Below are positions 8,204-16,990 of a DNA stretch of 35,625 bases, in pieces. The stretch comes from Thermodesulfovibrio sp. (lineage in GTDB: Bacteria > Nitrospirota > Thermodesulfovibrionia > Thermodesulfovibrionales > JdFR-85): assembly GCA_027050975.1 (NCBI GenBank), contig JALUAR010000215.1, positions 2,375 through 37,999 of the forward strand, given 5' to 3'. The notes under the pieces are model-generated. The model was not told the origin of the DNA. It did not search any database and worked only from the letters and a program-made list of their open reading frames with translations. Both the position numbers and the translations under genes were made by a program. How positions within the stretch are numbered: the stretch's first letter is position 1; every line of letters starts with the position of its first letter.

Positions 8204-8635
8204 ATGAACTATCATGCAATGGAGTACAAAAAGACGGAGATTAACACATCTGACAGCGTGAGAATCATTTCTCTCATGTATGACGGAGCTCTCAATTTTA
8301 TCAGGCTGGCAAAGGAGAAGCTGGCTGCAGGAGACCTGGCCGGAAAGGGACTATACACCGGTAAGGCAACAGCTGTTATTGGCGAACTCTCAAGTGCACT
8401 GAACATGAAAGAGGGCGGAGAGATAGCAAACAATCTGAAGATGCTCTATGATTATATACTGGACCGGCTTGTGCATGCCAATCTTCATAATGACCCTCAG
8501 GGATTTGACGAGGCTGTCAGGCTGCTGGATATATTAAGGTCAGGATGGAAAGAATTAGAGTCCAAAAGGAATGACTCTGCTCAGCCCATTGCAAGCGAAG
8601 GAGCGAATACAATAACAGCGGGGTTAAAGGTATGA
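8204..8635 (+). CDS. fliS: flagellin-specific export chaperone
   Basis: Y....I.T.....II.LMYDGAL.FI..A and ..I..EL...L....GGEIA.NL..LYDY....L are FliS motifs. The track start at 8195 is a GTG inside the SD. The ATG at 8204 lies 8 nt after GGAGG. Confidence 0.9.
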   Translation: MNYHAMEYKKTEINTSDSVRIISLMYDGALNFIRLAKEKLAAGDLAGKGLYTGKATAVIGELSSALNMKEGGEIANNLKMLYDYILDRLVHANLHNDPQGFDEAVRLLDILRSGWKELESKRNDSAQPIASEGANTITAGLKV

Positions 8636-9024
8636 TGAAAGAACTGTTGACACTATGCCGGCAACTACTTGATATATCTCAGCAGCAGAAAAATGCCCTT
8701 GACAGGGGAGAAGTTGATTACGCTGTTACGCTCCTACAAGAGAGGCAGCGAATTCTGGAGAATATTCAAAAAATTGACATAGCCTCCTTCAGAAGTAAGG
8801 ATATTGACAGTGACAGAAATTCCTCAATGGAGGAAAAAATTGCCGACGAAATAAAGACGTTGGTAGGCATGATCCTAAATGTAGACAGAAAATCAAAGGA
8901 ATCGATACAGAATAATATGTGGTCAATAAAGAGGAAGCTGCAAACAGTAAAGAAGATGAAGGATGGTTTTTGTCAAGGGGGGATTAACAGTGCAAGGGCA
9001 TCAAAACTAAATATTAATGTTTGA
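8632..9024 (+). CDS. putative flagellar export chaperone (FlgN/FliT-like helical protein)
   Basis: 130 aa and predicted helical. LL.LCRQLLDISQQQKNAL.RGEVD....LLQERQ.ILE.I resembles FlgN/FliT-type chaperones. It has an ATGA overlap with the fliS stop and occupies the position usually held by fliT/flgN-like genes. Confidence 0.4.
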   Translation: MMKELLTLCRQLLDISQQQKNALDRGEVDYAVTLLQERQRILENIQKIDIASFRSKDIDSDRNSSMEEKIADEIKTLVGMILNVDRKSKESIQNNMWSIKRKLQTVKKMKDGFCQGGINSARASKLNINV

Positions 9025-9160
9025 ATATTACAGTAACCCTTCATTAACAATTTCTGCATTCTTTCTTACAAATCCGCCTTGTTCTCTTCTGGTATAAATT
9101 TTGCTTTCATAGAGTATGTGTTCCTAAAAACTTCTTTCTTTAATTTTTAACTGGATAAAA

Positions 9161-10357
9161 ATGAAAGCTGATATCAACGTGAGAGTATTGACAGAAGAAA
9201 GGACTGACCAACGAATGTTCATACCTTTTGGAAAGCCTAATTTTTGTGATGATGAGATCGAGGCTTTGATTAGAGTTATGCGTTCCGGATGGATTGGCAT
9301 GGGGCCAGAGACCATAGCCTTTGAGAAGGAGCTTGCCAGTTTTTTAAAGGCACCATATGTTGTTACTGTAAATTCCTGCACTTCGGCTCTGTTTTTATCT
9401 CTCCTTGTGCTGGGTATAAAGCCAGGAGATGAGGTCATATGTCCAAGCCTGACCTGGTGCAGCACTGCCAATGCCATACTTTATACAGGAGCTACACCTG
9501 TCTTCTGTGATATTGACCCAAATACCCTGTGCCTGACTCCTGAAAGCGTTGCTGCAAAGATTACCGACAAAACCAAAGCTGTTATTGTCGTCCATATGGG
9601 AGGATATGCCGTTGATGTAAACAAACTTGCTAAAGCTTTGCCAGAGCATGTTGCAATTGTTGAAGACGCTGCTCATGCATTGGGCGCCAAATATCCTGAC
9701 GGAACCTGCGTTGGCTCCTCCGGCAATCTGACATGCTTTAGTTTCTATGCAAACAAAAACCTCTCTACAGCAGAGGGAGGAGCCATAAGCTTATTTAATG
9801 AAGAGCTATATACAAGACTATGTTCTTTAAGACAGCATGGTCTTAACTCAGATGCATGGAAGCGGTATATAAATCCTCAAGCTGCTCTTGTTCCTTTAAT
9901 AAGTGAATTAGGATACAAAATGAACTACACCGATCTTCAAGCCTGTATCGGACGAGTACAACTAAGGCGTCAACAGGAATTCTTTAAAATCAGAAAGGAA
10001 ATCGCTTCTATATATTATGAGGAACTACAGAATACCGGAGTAGAGTTTCAGAGAGACTGTCTTGCAGAAAGGCACTCAAGACATCTCTTTACAATACTCC
10101 TTCCTATTGAGAAGCTCTCGAAATCAAGAGACGAATTTGTTATTGAATTAAGAAATCGTAATATAGGTGTGGCAATACATTATCCCCCTCTTCATAAAAT
10201 GCCACTGTATAGTCAATACTGCAAAGATGATCTCATAAATACCGATTATGTGTGTGAACGAATATTGACACTGCCGATCAGTGCATCTATGAGTTTCAAG
10301 GATGCACGCCATGTATTTACTGAATTCTTGAGGCTATTTGAACAGAGTCTTACATAA
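9161..10357 (+). CDS. DegT/DnrJ/EryC1/StrS-family PLP-dependent sugar aminotransferase
   Basis: FIPFGKPNF.DDEIEAL..V.RSGW...GP....FE.E.A.F......V.V.SCTSAL.L.L, then DAAHALGA and SFYANKNLSTAEGG (catalytic Lys). The alternative start at 9215 (MFIPFGKP) would give a more typical N-terminus. Confidence 0.88.
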   Translation: MKADINVRVLTEERTDQRMFIPFGKPNFCDDEIEALIRVMRSGWIGMGPETIAFEKELASFLKAPYVVTVNSCTSALFLSLLVLGIKPGDEVICPSLTWCSTANAILYTGATPVFCDIDPNTLCLTPESVAAKITDKTKAVIVVHMGGYAVDVNKLAKALPEHVAIVEDAAHALGAKYPDGTCVGSSGNLTCFSFYANKNLSTAEGGAISLFNEELYTRLCSLRQHGLNSDAWKRYINPQAALVPLISELGYKMNYTDLQACIGRVQLRRQQEFFKIRKEIASIYYEELQNTGVEFQRDCLAERHSRHLFTILLPIEKLSKSRDEFVIELRNRNIGVAIHYPPLHKMPLYSQYCKDDLINTDYVCERILTLPISASMSFKDARHVFTEFLRLFEQSLT

Positions 10358-10394
10358 ATTATTTCAATTATTTCAGATCATAAGAAATCTATAA

Positions 10395-11270
10395 TTGGAG
10401 AAATATGGACAGATGGTGAAAGTAGAAAAACCCATCTTTATTGTTGGTTGTGGCAGGTCAGGAACAACACTGCTATTTAACATAATGAAAAAACATCCTC
10501 ATCTTGTTGGTACCACAGGATATCCTGACGGTGAGGATCATATCGGTTGGATTAAACATGGAAAATGTATCATAAGCGGGCTCGGGTATTCTCACATAGA
10601 GAAAGGTCATACGGGCTATCATTACTGTCTCTATATGGATGAAAAGCAGGTGACTCCAGATATTATCAATACCATGAGAGCTTACTACTACAATGAAGTT
10701 CTGTCAGGTGACAGTTCAAAGCGGATTGTAAACAAATGCCCTCATCTGTCCAACAAACTCAGATATATCCGAGCGATCTTCCCGGATGCAAAATTTATTC
10801 ATATTATCAGAGATTGTCTGCCTGTTGTTTCAAGCTGGATCAAGATCATGGAGACACAGCCCTTTCAGGTTTTATACTGGCCGGATGTGGAGTTCCCTTG
10901 CTTCTGGGTACTTCCGGCTCCACAGGACAGGGATAGAGAAACTGTGTTTCATAACAATGACAGAGTATTCCCTGGAGGCGGTGCAGCACGTATCGTGGAT
11001 TATTGGACAGCTGTAAATAGTTACATTCCTGTCCAGCTATACGATTCTCCTGACCAGCTACTTACGATAAGATACGAGGATCTTTGCCGTAACCCACAGG
11101 CATTGTTAGAAATAATCTGTGACTTTTGCGAGATTCCTCCTTTTGATGACATACCTGTAGATATTACACCTAATACAAACGAAAAATATAAGGAAGTTCT
11201 AACAAGGGAACAGATAGAGGAGTTTTTAAGACGTTCACATGCAACCCGGGTACTTTATGGATATGTTTAG
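10395..11270 (+). CDS. sulfotransferase-family protein (PAPS-dependent)
   Basis: IFIVGCGRSGTTLLFNIM is a 5'-PSB loop (GxxRSGTT). IHIIRDCLPVVSS is a 3'-PB-like motif. The track start is TTG at 10395, and ATG at 10413 is an alternative. Confidence 0.75.
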   Translation: MEKYGQMVKVEKPIFIVGCGRSGTTLLFNIMKKHPHLVGTTGYPDGEDHIGWIKHGKCIISGLGYSHIEKGHTGYHYCLYMDEKQVTPDIINTMRAYYYNEVLSGDSSKRIVNKCPHLSNKLRYIRAIFPDAKFIHIIRDCLPVVSSWIKIMETQPFQVLYWPDVEFPCFWVLPAPQDRDRETVFHNNDRVFPGGGAARIVDYWTAVNSYIPVQLYDSPDQLLTIRYEDLCRNPQALLEIICDFCEIPPFDDIPVDITPNTNEKYKEVLTREQIEEFLRRSHATRVLYGYV

Positions 11271-11280
11271 GAGTTAAACA

Positions 11281-12282
11281 ATGGCAATCGCGGCTAAAGA
11301 AACTTCTGACAGCAAGAGCAGATACGGTTTTTACGGACGGCTGAGAAGGGAATTCCCTTCTCAGGTGATAGTGGATATAACCGAGGTTTGCAACCTTGCA
11401 TGTATTCATTGCCCACATAATGAGTTCAAAAACAGCCGTTATTACAATGCCTCTCATCTTGACCCGGAATTAAATGCCAGGATGGTGGATGAAGTTAAAG
11501 AACATGGTAAAGGCATAACACAATATATACGTTATGCCAGCAATGGCGAGTCTCTTCTGCATCCTCACTGGTATGAAATGATAAGATACGCGGCCCACAA
11601 CTCCGGTGTGATGGTAACACTCACAACTAATGGAACGCTTCTCAATGAGAAGAGAACGCAGATGTTGCTTGACTCGGGGGTGCATCTGATTGATATTAGC
11701 ATTGATGCATTTACAGCTGAGACTTATGCCAAAGTTCGGATAAAAGGAGACCTATCTGTTACCAGAACAAATGTTCTCAGATTGATCAACTGGGTAAAGG
11801 AGTCAGGATTAAAAACCAAGGTGGTAGTCAGTTTTGTGGAGCAGCCAATAAATCTGCATGAAAGAGAGGATTTTGAAGCCTTCTGGAAAGACCAGGGGGC
11901 AGATTATGTTGTAATACGCAGACTCCATTCCTGTTCAGGGGCCAAGACTACCCTGGCGGCTATGAGAAGAAGCCACAATCAAGGGAAAAAGAGACGGCCG
12001 TGTTTGTATCCGTGGGAAAGAATTGTGCTGAATGCAAGAGGCGAATTATCATTCTGTCCTTCTGACTGGGTACACGGGTCAGTTATAGAGGATTATCGCA
12101 ACACAACGATAAGAGAATGCTGGCAGGGAAGTTTCTACAAAGAACTCCGGCAGGCGCACCTGTCAGGCAATTTTAGCAAGCACCGATTCTGCAGAGACTG
12201 TCCGGACTGGGAAGCAACACGCTGGCCCTGGGAGGGGCGAAGTTACGCTGATATGATAGAGGAGTTTAAGGGAGGAGAATGA
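11281..12282 (+). CDS. radical SAM enzyme with a partial SPASM/twitch C-terminal domain
   Basis: DITEVCNLACIHCPH is a CX3CX2C motif. The C-terminal CLYPWERIVLNARGELSFC fits CX12GX4C and is followed by FCRDCPDW (CX2C only). Confidence 0.85.
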   Translation: MAIAAKETSDSKSRYGFYGRLRREFPSQVIVDITEVCNLACIHCPHNEFKNSRYYNASHLDPELNARMVDEVKEHGKGITQYIRYASNGESLLHPHWYEMIRYAAHNSGVMVTLTTNGTLLNEKRTQMLLDSGVHLIDISIDAFTAETYAKVRIKGDLSVTRTNVLRLINWVKESGLKTKVVVSFVEQPINLHEREDFEAFWKDQGADYVVIRRLHSCSGAKTTLAAMRRSHNQGKKRRPCLYPWERIVLNARGELSFCPSDWVHGSVIEDYRNTTIRECWQGSFYKELRQAHLSGNFSKHRFCRDCPDWEATRWPWEGRSYADMIEEFKGGE

Positions 12283-13037
12283 AGCTTACGGACAAAACAA
12301 TTCCCGTTATCAGGCAGATAGAAGAGATGGTACAGGACATACCTGGCTGGACACCTGTAGATGAGTTATACACGCTCTTTAATCTGGCCTTCATAACAGC
12401 GGATCTGGATGGAGACATTGTAGAGATTGGGGCCTGGTGTGGCAGGTCATCTGTGGTATTAGGGATGGCTGCTAAAATGACTGGTAACACAAAACTAATC
12501 TGTATAGACCTCTTTCCGGAAAAGGATGACTGGAAGCAAAATCAGGACGGAAGCTATTCCTTTGAGGTATTAATAGGTGATAAAAGGTATGGTGGCTATC
12601 AGGAACAGACAGTTTGGAAAGAGCCTTTTGAACGTGATATAGCTCCACTTTATGAGCAATACAACAGTGTATTCGATATTTTTTACAAAAACATAAAAAA
12701 GTATAACCTTACAGATATTGTCAGACCTTTTCGAGGCACATCTGAAATACTGAAAACCAACATGCCCATAGACTTCAGGTGCAGGCTTGCCTTTATCGAT
12801 GGTGACCATAGTTACAGAGCGGTATGTCAGGATATCAAAAATATAGAACCATTTCTGGTCGAAGGCGGCTGGCTCTGCTTTGATGATGCCTTCACCACCT
12901 ACAACGGAGTAAATCAAGCTATAGAAGATCTCATAATCAATAACCCAAATTATGAACTCTGCCAGCAGATGACAAGGAAGTTTTTCATAGCAAGAAAAAA
13001 GAGAACCGTTCCATATGGAAAATATAGCAGGGACTGA
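12279..13037 (+). CDS. class I SAM-dependent methyltransferase (Methyltransf_24 / TylF-like fold)
   Basis: IPGWT...EL..L..LA......GDIVEIGAWCGRSSVVLG.A and FIDGDHSY..V..DI......L..GG...FDD are typical of this family. It has an ATGA overlap with the upstream stop. Confidence 0.75.
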   Translation: MKLTDKTIPVIRQIEEMVQDIPGWTPVDELYTLFNLAFITADLDGDIVEIGAWCGRSSVVLGMAAKMTGNTKLICIDLFPEKDDWKQNQDGSYSFEVLIGDKRYGGYQEQTVWKEPFERDIAPLYEQYNSVFDIFYKNIKKYNLTDIVRPFRGTSEILKTNMPIDFRCRLAFIDGDHSYRAVCQDIKNIEPFLVEGGWLCFDDAFTTYNGVNQAIEDLIINNPNYELCQQMTRKFFIARKKRTVPYGKYSRD

Positions 13038-13041
13038 ACAT

Positions 13042-13749
13042 ATGAGAGTTGGAATTATTCAATCAAGTTACATACCCTGGAGAGGATACTTTGATTTCAT
13101 TGACAGTGTAGATCTGTTTATTGTGTTTGATGACGTAGCATACGGATCTAAAGGTAATTGGAGAAATCGCAACAAAGTCAAGACCCCAAAGGGCCTGAAA
13201 TGGCTAACAGTACCTGTAAAAAGCAAGAGAGAGATGCCGATAGATCAGGTGCTTATATGCAATTCTGAAAAGTCCTGGCAGGACAGACATCGTGGTCTTT
13301 TGAGATACTCTCTCGAGCCTGCTCCATACTTCAAGGATGCAATGGAAATCTGGGAAGAAGGGGTCTCCGCAGGGGACTCCACAATCACTCAGCTTAATCT
13401 TAGATTAATCAAGCTGATCTGTGTATATCTTGATATAAAAACTCCCATCGTAATGTCACGAGATTACAGAGTGGAGGGCTCAAAAACTGAGCGATTAATA
13501 AACCTGCTTAAAAAGGTGGGAGCTACCGTTTACCTCTCCGGACCGACAGCCAAGGCATATCTTGATGAAAACCTCTTTGAGATACACGGTATCGGACTGG
13601 AATACAAAACATATGATTACAAACCATACCCACAACTATGGGGAGAGTTTGTGGACACTGTAACGGTCCTGGATATGATTGCAAATTGTGGACCTACGGC
13701 AAAAGATTATTTAAAAAGTCAAACACCTAATGAGGTTGCAGTAAAATGA
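13042..13749 (+). CDS. WbqC-like family protein (polysaccharide-cluster protein of unknown biochemical function)
   Basis: MRVGIIQSSYIPWRGYFDFI..VD.FI.FDDV.Y.....WRNRN.VKT..G..WLTVPV matches my recollection of the WbqC family N-terminus. The track start at 13015 overlaps the previous gene, whereas the ATG at 13042 does not. Confidence 0.7.
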   Translation: MRVGIIQSSYIPWRGYFDFIDSVDLFIVFDDVAYGSKGNWRNRNKVKTPKGLKWLTVPVKSKREMPIDQVLICNSEKSWQDRHRGLLRYSLEPAPYFKDAMEIWEEGVSAGDSTITQLNLRLIKLICVYLDIKTPIVMSRDYRVEGSKTERLINLLKKVGATVYLSGPTAKAYLDENLFEIHGIGLEYKTYDYKPYPQLWGEFVDTVTVLDMIANCGPTAKDYLKSQTPNEVAVK

Positions 13750-15926
13750 GAATCGGTTTTATAGGGAATGCGAATAATTATCCTTTTATGCTAGCCCGTG
13801 CTTTCCGGAGAATGGGGCATGATGTGCTTTTTATTATAACGCATGACAGGCGAACACCACTTGATCGTCCTGAGAACAAGTATAAGGATCTTTCAACATA
13901 TCCTGAATGGATATACGATGTGAGTCCCTTGGAGTTGTGGAATCATGCAGATCGGGACGAACAGAAAGAAAGAGATGTCGTGAGCTTGCTGAAGACATGT
14001 GATCTTGTAGTACTGAACCAATACGCAATATGTCTTGCACCAGAGATAAACCGTCCAAGCGTAGCTCTCTTAACCGGAACAGATCTTTTGACACTGGCAA
14101 GGCCAGAGCATGTAGATGAGAGATTGAAAAGCTCCGGACTGAATCCATCAAGTCCGGAATACGAGAGAGCACGCCGGTTTTACGAGGAACGTGTTAGTGC
14201 TCAGCGCCTTGGGATTAGTCAAGCTGTTGTCGTAGTCTTTTTCCCTGAAGGGGCATTTCCCAGGGCTGATAAATTGTTAAACGAGTTAGGAGTAAATAAC
14301 CGGCAAAGAACATTCTTCTTAATGACAGACACCCATGATATAGCCTTTTCACCGCCTCCATCCAACAGAATTATCAGAACATTCTGCGCAACGCGGCTTA
14401 CATGGGACAGGTCCAAGCCACCGTTTTATACGGATCTGGATTATAAAGGCTCGGATATCATGATAAGAGGCCTTGGACTTTTCTACAGAACCCATAAGAC
14501 ACCCCTTGATATTCACCTTGTACGGAAAGGTGCACATGTTCCAGAAACCATGGAACTGGTCCGACAGGAGGGGCTTGAACCATTGGTTACCTGGCATGAC
14601 GAGATGAGCCAGATTGAGGTCCTGGAGCAAATGAAAAAAGCGGATATCATTTTTGAACAGTTAGGAGACAGTATGTTCGGAATGGCCGGTCTTGATGCCA
14701 TGGCAGTCGGTCGTCCTGTCATAGCCAATGGACGTTCTGAGATAATGGAGAAGGTTATGCCATCGCCGCCTCCTATCTGTAATGCAAAAACCCCTGAGGA
14801 TGTCTGCTCTCAACTAAAACGGCTTGTTTTCAATCCGGAAGAAAGGGAGCGTATTGGAAAGGCTTCAAGAGAATATGTTGAAAAATATTTCTCTTCTGAC
14901 CTGGCGGCCGAGATCTTGATTAATAAAATAGACTCATACGTCATCTCATCCATTGTCAGTCAAATCTGTGAAACCTTTAAGCCTGGCAGTGTAATAAATA
15001 TCGGTTACAACTCTGAGGAATGGCTTAAAGAGTTTGAGCTAAGAGGAGTTACTGTAGCCGGTTTCAGCAAAGACAACCCAAACTCAAAACTGGAGAGACA
15101 TTATGATCTCTGTCTTTGTCTCGATCCCCCGGAAGCTCTGACCAACGAACAGGTAGATTCTTTAATATCTTCATGCTCAAATTCAAGTAATACGATTATA
15201 TTCGCCACTTCACTGCCTAATACATTTTCGAATGAACGACCGATTTCCGTTTTAGTTGAAAAATTCTATAACCACGGATTCGTATTCATTGATAATCTAA
15301 CCCCCTATTTCCATAAACTCCTCTGTCTGTCAGAAAAAACAGCTAAATTGAATATCCATGTTTTAAAGAGGATGTTCTCTGACAGGGATCTGGAGACTCT
15401 TGCCACTGCGTTTCCCCAGATACCCGATATACTCAAGAACAAGGAAAGATGCATTGAGGATCTTTTCAGATATCTCTTCCATGAAAAACGAACCGTTGTG
15501 CTTCAAATGCAATCACCCTCAAGGAGAGACCTGGAAGAATCTGACAAGAAACTCTCCTCTGCTGTTGAAAACATGCCGGCTATAGACTTTGTACTACCGA
15601 GGGAGTATATTTTCCATGAAGAAGGATACTGTTACATCTATCCTTTCAGAACCATGGCCGCAAAAATGTTTTCATACTTGCCGGTTTACAATCACCTGAT
15701 TCTGTATGAAGATGGAAATCCTCTGCCTCTTGGAAATGCTCTTCATGAGGAGATCAGAAGAGCTGGCAAAGGAAGGTATTCCATGTGGTATGAGCAGATA
15801 TACTTCTCTACCTCTGACAATTCCGACCCCCGCACAAACGGTCGTACTTACAGTGTCCGTGTTCCTTCTTACATTTATGTTCTGGAAAATTTGCCGGAGG
15901 AACAGATTAGGGGGGTGAATCTATGA
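13746..15926 (+). CDS. 726-aa multidomain protein: N-terminal GT-B (GT4-like) glycosyltransferase, a central degenerate methyltransferase-like segment and a C-terminal domain of unknown function
   Basis: MRIGFIGNANNYPF at the N-terminus and FGMAGLDAMAVGRPVIANG...P.DV...L..L..NPEERERIG..SREYVEKYFS form a GT-B C-lobe. The central VINIGYNSEEW...DLCLCLDPPE looks Rossmann-like. I do not recognise the last 150 aa or so. Confidence 0.55.
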   Translation: MRIGFIGNANNYPFMLARAFRRMGHDVLFIITHDRRTPLDRPENKYKDLSTYPEWIYDVSPLELWNHADRDEQKERDVVSLLKTCDLVVLNQYAICLAPEINRPSVALLTGTDLLTLARPEHVDERLKSSGLNPSSPEYERARRFYEERVSAQRLGISQAVVVVFFPEGAFPRADKLLNELGVNNRQRTFFLMTDTHDIAFSPPPSNRIIRTFCATRLTWDRSKPPFYTDLDYKGSDIMIRGLGLFYRTHKTPLDIHLVRKGAHVPETMELVRQEGLEPLVTWHDEMSQIEVLEQMKKADIIFEQLGDSMFGMAGLDAMAVGRPVIANGRSEIMEKVMPSPPPICNAKTPEDVCSQLKRLVFNPEERERIGKASREYVEKYFSSDLAAEILINKIDSYVISSIVSQICETFKPGSVINIGYNSEEWLKEFELRGVTVAGFSKDNPNSKLERHYDLCLCLDPPEALTNEQVDSLISSCSNSSNTIIFATSLPNTFSNERPISVLVEKFYNHGFVFIDNLTPYFHKLLCLSEKTAKLNIHVLKRMFSDRDLETLATAFPQIPDILKNKERCIEDLFRYLFHEKRTVVLQMQSPSRRDLEESDKKLSSAVENMPAIDFVLPREYIFHEEGYCYIYPFRTMAAKMFSYLPVYNHLILYEDGNPLPLGNALHEEIRRAGKGRYSMWYEQIYFSTSDNSDPRTNGRTYSVRVPSYIYVLENLPEEQIRGVNL

Positions 15927-16963
15927 TTAAAGTAACAACAGAAATAAACATAACAATGGCTGATATAGTGCAGGCATTCAATCAGTACAGACAGCTGCAC
16001 AATCAGGAGCCAGATGTGAACACAAGATTAAGCTTACCTGCCGAGATTACCATAAACGATACACTATCCAATATTATTAAAGAATACGATTTCAAGCAGT
16101 ACGACGCAAAAGAATACAACACAGCTTTTACAGAACTTGTTAGTAAAGGGGAAGGTCAGCAGGGTTCATTTATTTATGATCTCACAATATTCAACCGATA
16201 CAGTCGTCCGATGTTAAAGTATTTGGAAAAGACACCAGTAAGTACGTTGCAGATAGGTCCTGGCGGATCTTTGGGATGTGAAGTCCTGTTCTCCCTTATA
16301 GGCGTTAAGGAGGCATACACTTTGGATCCCTTTCCCCTGTTAAGCTTTGATCTTGAAATCTTTATGAATTCCTTGCAGAAACTTTTTCAGCTGCTCTCCC
16401 ATCTTGAATTCATTACAGGAGGGGCCTATTTTGAGATGCCTGAGTATCAAACACTCGATACAGGCCATTATCGAGTAGGAGACTGCTGCATCAGACACTT
16501 TGGCAACAGGACATTTGAGGACACAGGCTTTGCAGATGAGAAAATTGATTTTCTGTTCTCACATGCCACGTTTGAGCATGTAAGAGACCCCGTAAAGTGT
16601 ATTAAAGAAATCAAAAGGATTTTAAAGCCGGGAGGATTAACAGCACATTGTATTGATCTGAGAGATCACAGGGATTTTAATAGACCTCTTGAGTTTCTTC
16701 GTGAATCTGAGGAGTCATGGAGATTTATTATGGATGATTATTGCCGCTTTGTGCCCCATGGTTACATGAACAGATTTAGAGCAAGTGAGTTCAGGTCTGT
16801 ATTTGAGAGTGAGGGATTTGAAATTCTTGAATATATACCAGAGATGAGAGTTGATAAGGAGGAAATAGAATCAGTGATGCAGCATTTTGACGAACGCTTT
16901 AGGGTACAGCCAGTGGATGATCTGGCCATTACAACTTTATTTATAGTTGCTCGCAAGAAATAA
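15923..16963 (+). CDS. class I SAM-dependent methyltransferase (Methyltransf_11-like)
   Basis: LQIGPGGSLGCEV is motif I. FLFSHATFEHVRDP....KEI.RILKPGGL is the motif II/III region. It has an ATGA overlap with the upstream stop. Confidence 0.75.
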   Translation: MIKVTTEINITMADIVQAFNQYRQLHNQEPDVNTRLSLPAEITINDTLSNIIKEYDFKQYDAKEYNTAFTELVSKGEGQQGSFIYDLTIFNRYSRPMLKYLEKTPVSTLQIGPGGSLGCEVLFSLIGVKEAYTLDPFPLLSFDLEIFMNSLQKLFQLLSHLEFITGGAYFEMPEYQTLDTGHYRVGDCCIRHFGNRTFEDTGFADEKIDFLFSHATFEHVRDPVKCIKEIKRILKPGGLTAHCIDLRDHRDFNRPLEFLRESEESWRFIMDDYCRFVPHGYMNRFRASEFRSVFESEGFEILEYIPEMRVDKEEIESVMQHFDERFRVQPVDDLAITTLFIVARKK

Positions 16964-16990
16964 CGTTTGGAACAACTATAGGAAAAGCTC

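Noticed and set aside
9090-9098. An extended -10-like TGGTATAAA in the 9025..9160 gap, as a dedicated sigma70 promoter for the glycosylation island.
   Set aside because: There is no convincing -35. The nearest candidate, TTACAA, is 21 nt away. The region is AT-rich, so such matches arise by chance. It is plausible, but I cannot support it as a feature.
9161-10357. The DegT aminotransferase as PseC or LegC, which would imply a pseudaminic or legionaminic acid pathway.
   Set aside because: The rest of the pathway is not recognisable anywhere in the island. That covers the PseB/LegB dehydratase, PseH acetyltransferase, PseG, the PseI/NeuB/LegI synthase and the PseF/NeuA CMP-transferase. The family alone does not define the sugar.
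11281-12282. The radical SAM/SPASM protein as a RiPP maturase with an adjacent precursor peptide, or as an anaerobic sulfatase-maturating enzyme given the neighbouring sulfotransferase.
   Set aside because: The intergenic gaps on either side are 10 nt or less or are overlaps, and I found no small ORF that could be a precursor. No sulfatase gene is in the window. The SPASM domain is truncated relative to anSME-type enzymes, which carry two auxiliary clusters. A sulfotransferase is not a sulfatase.
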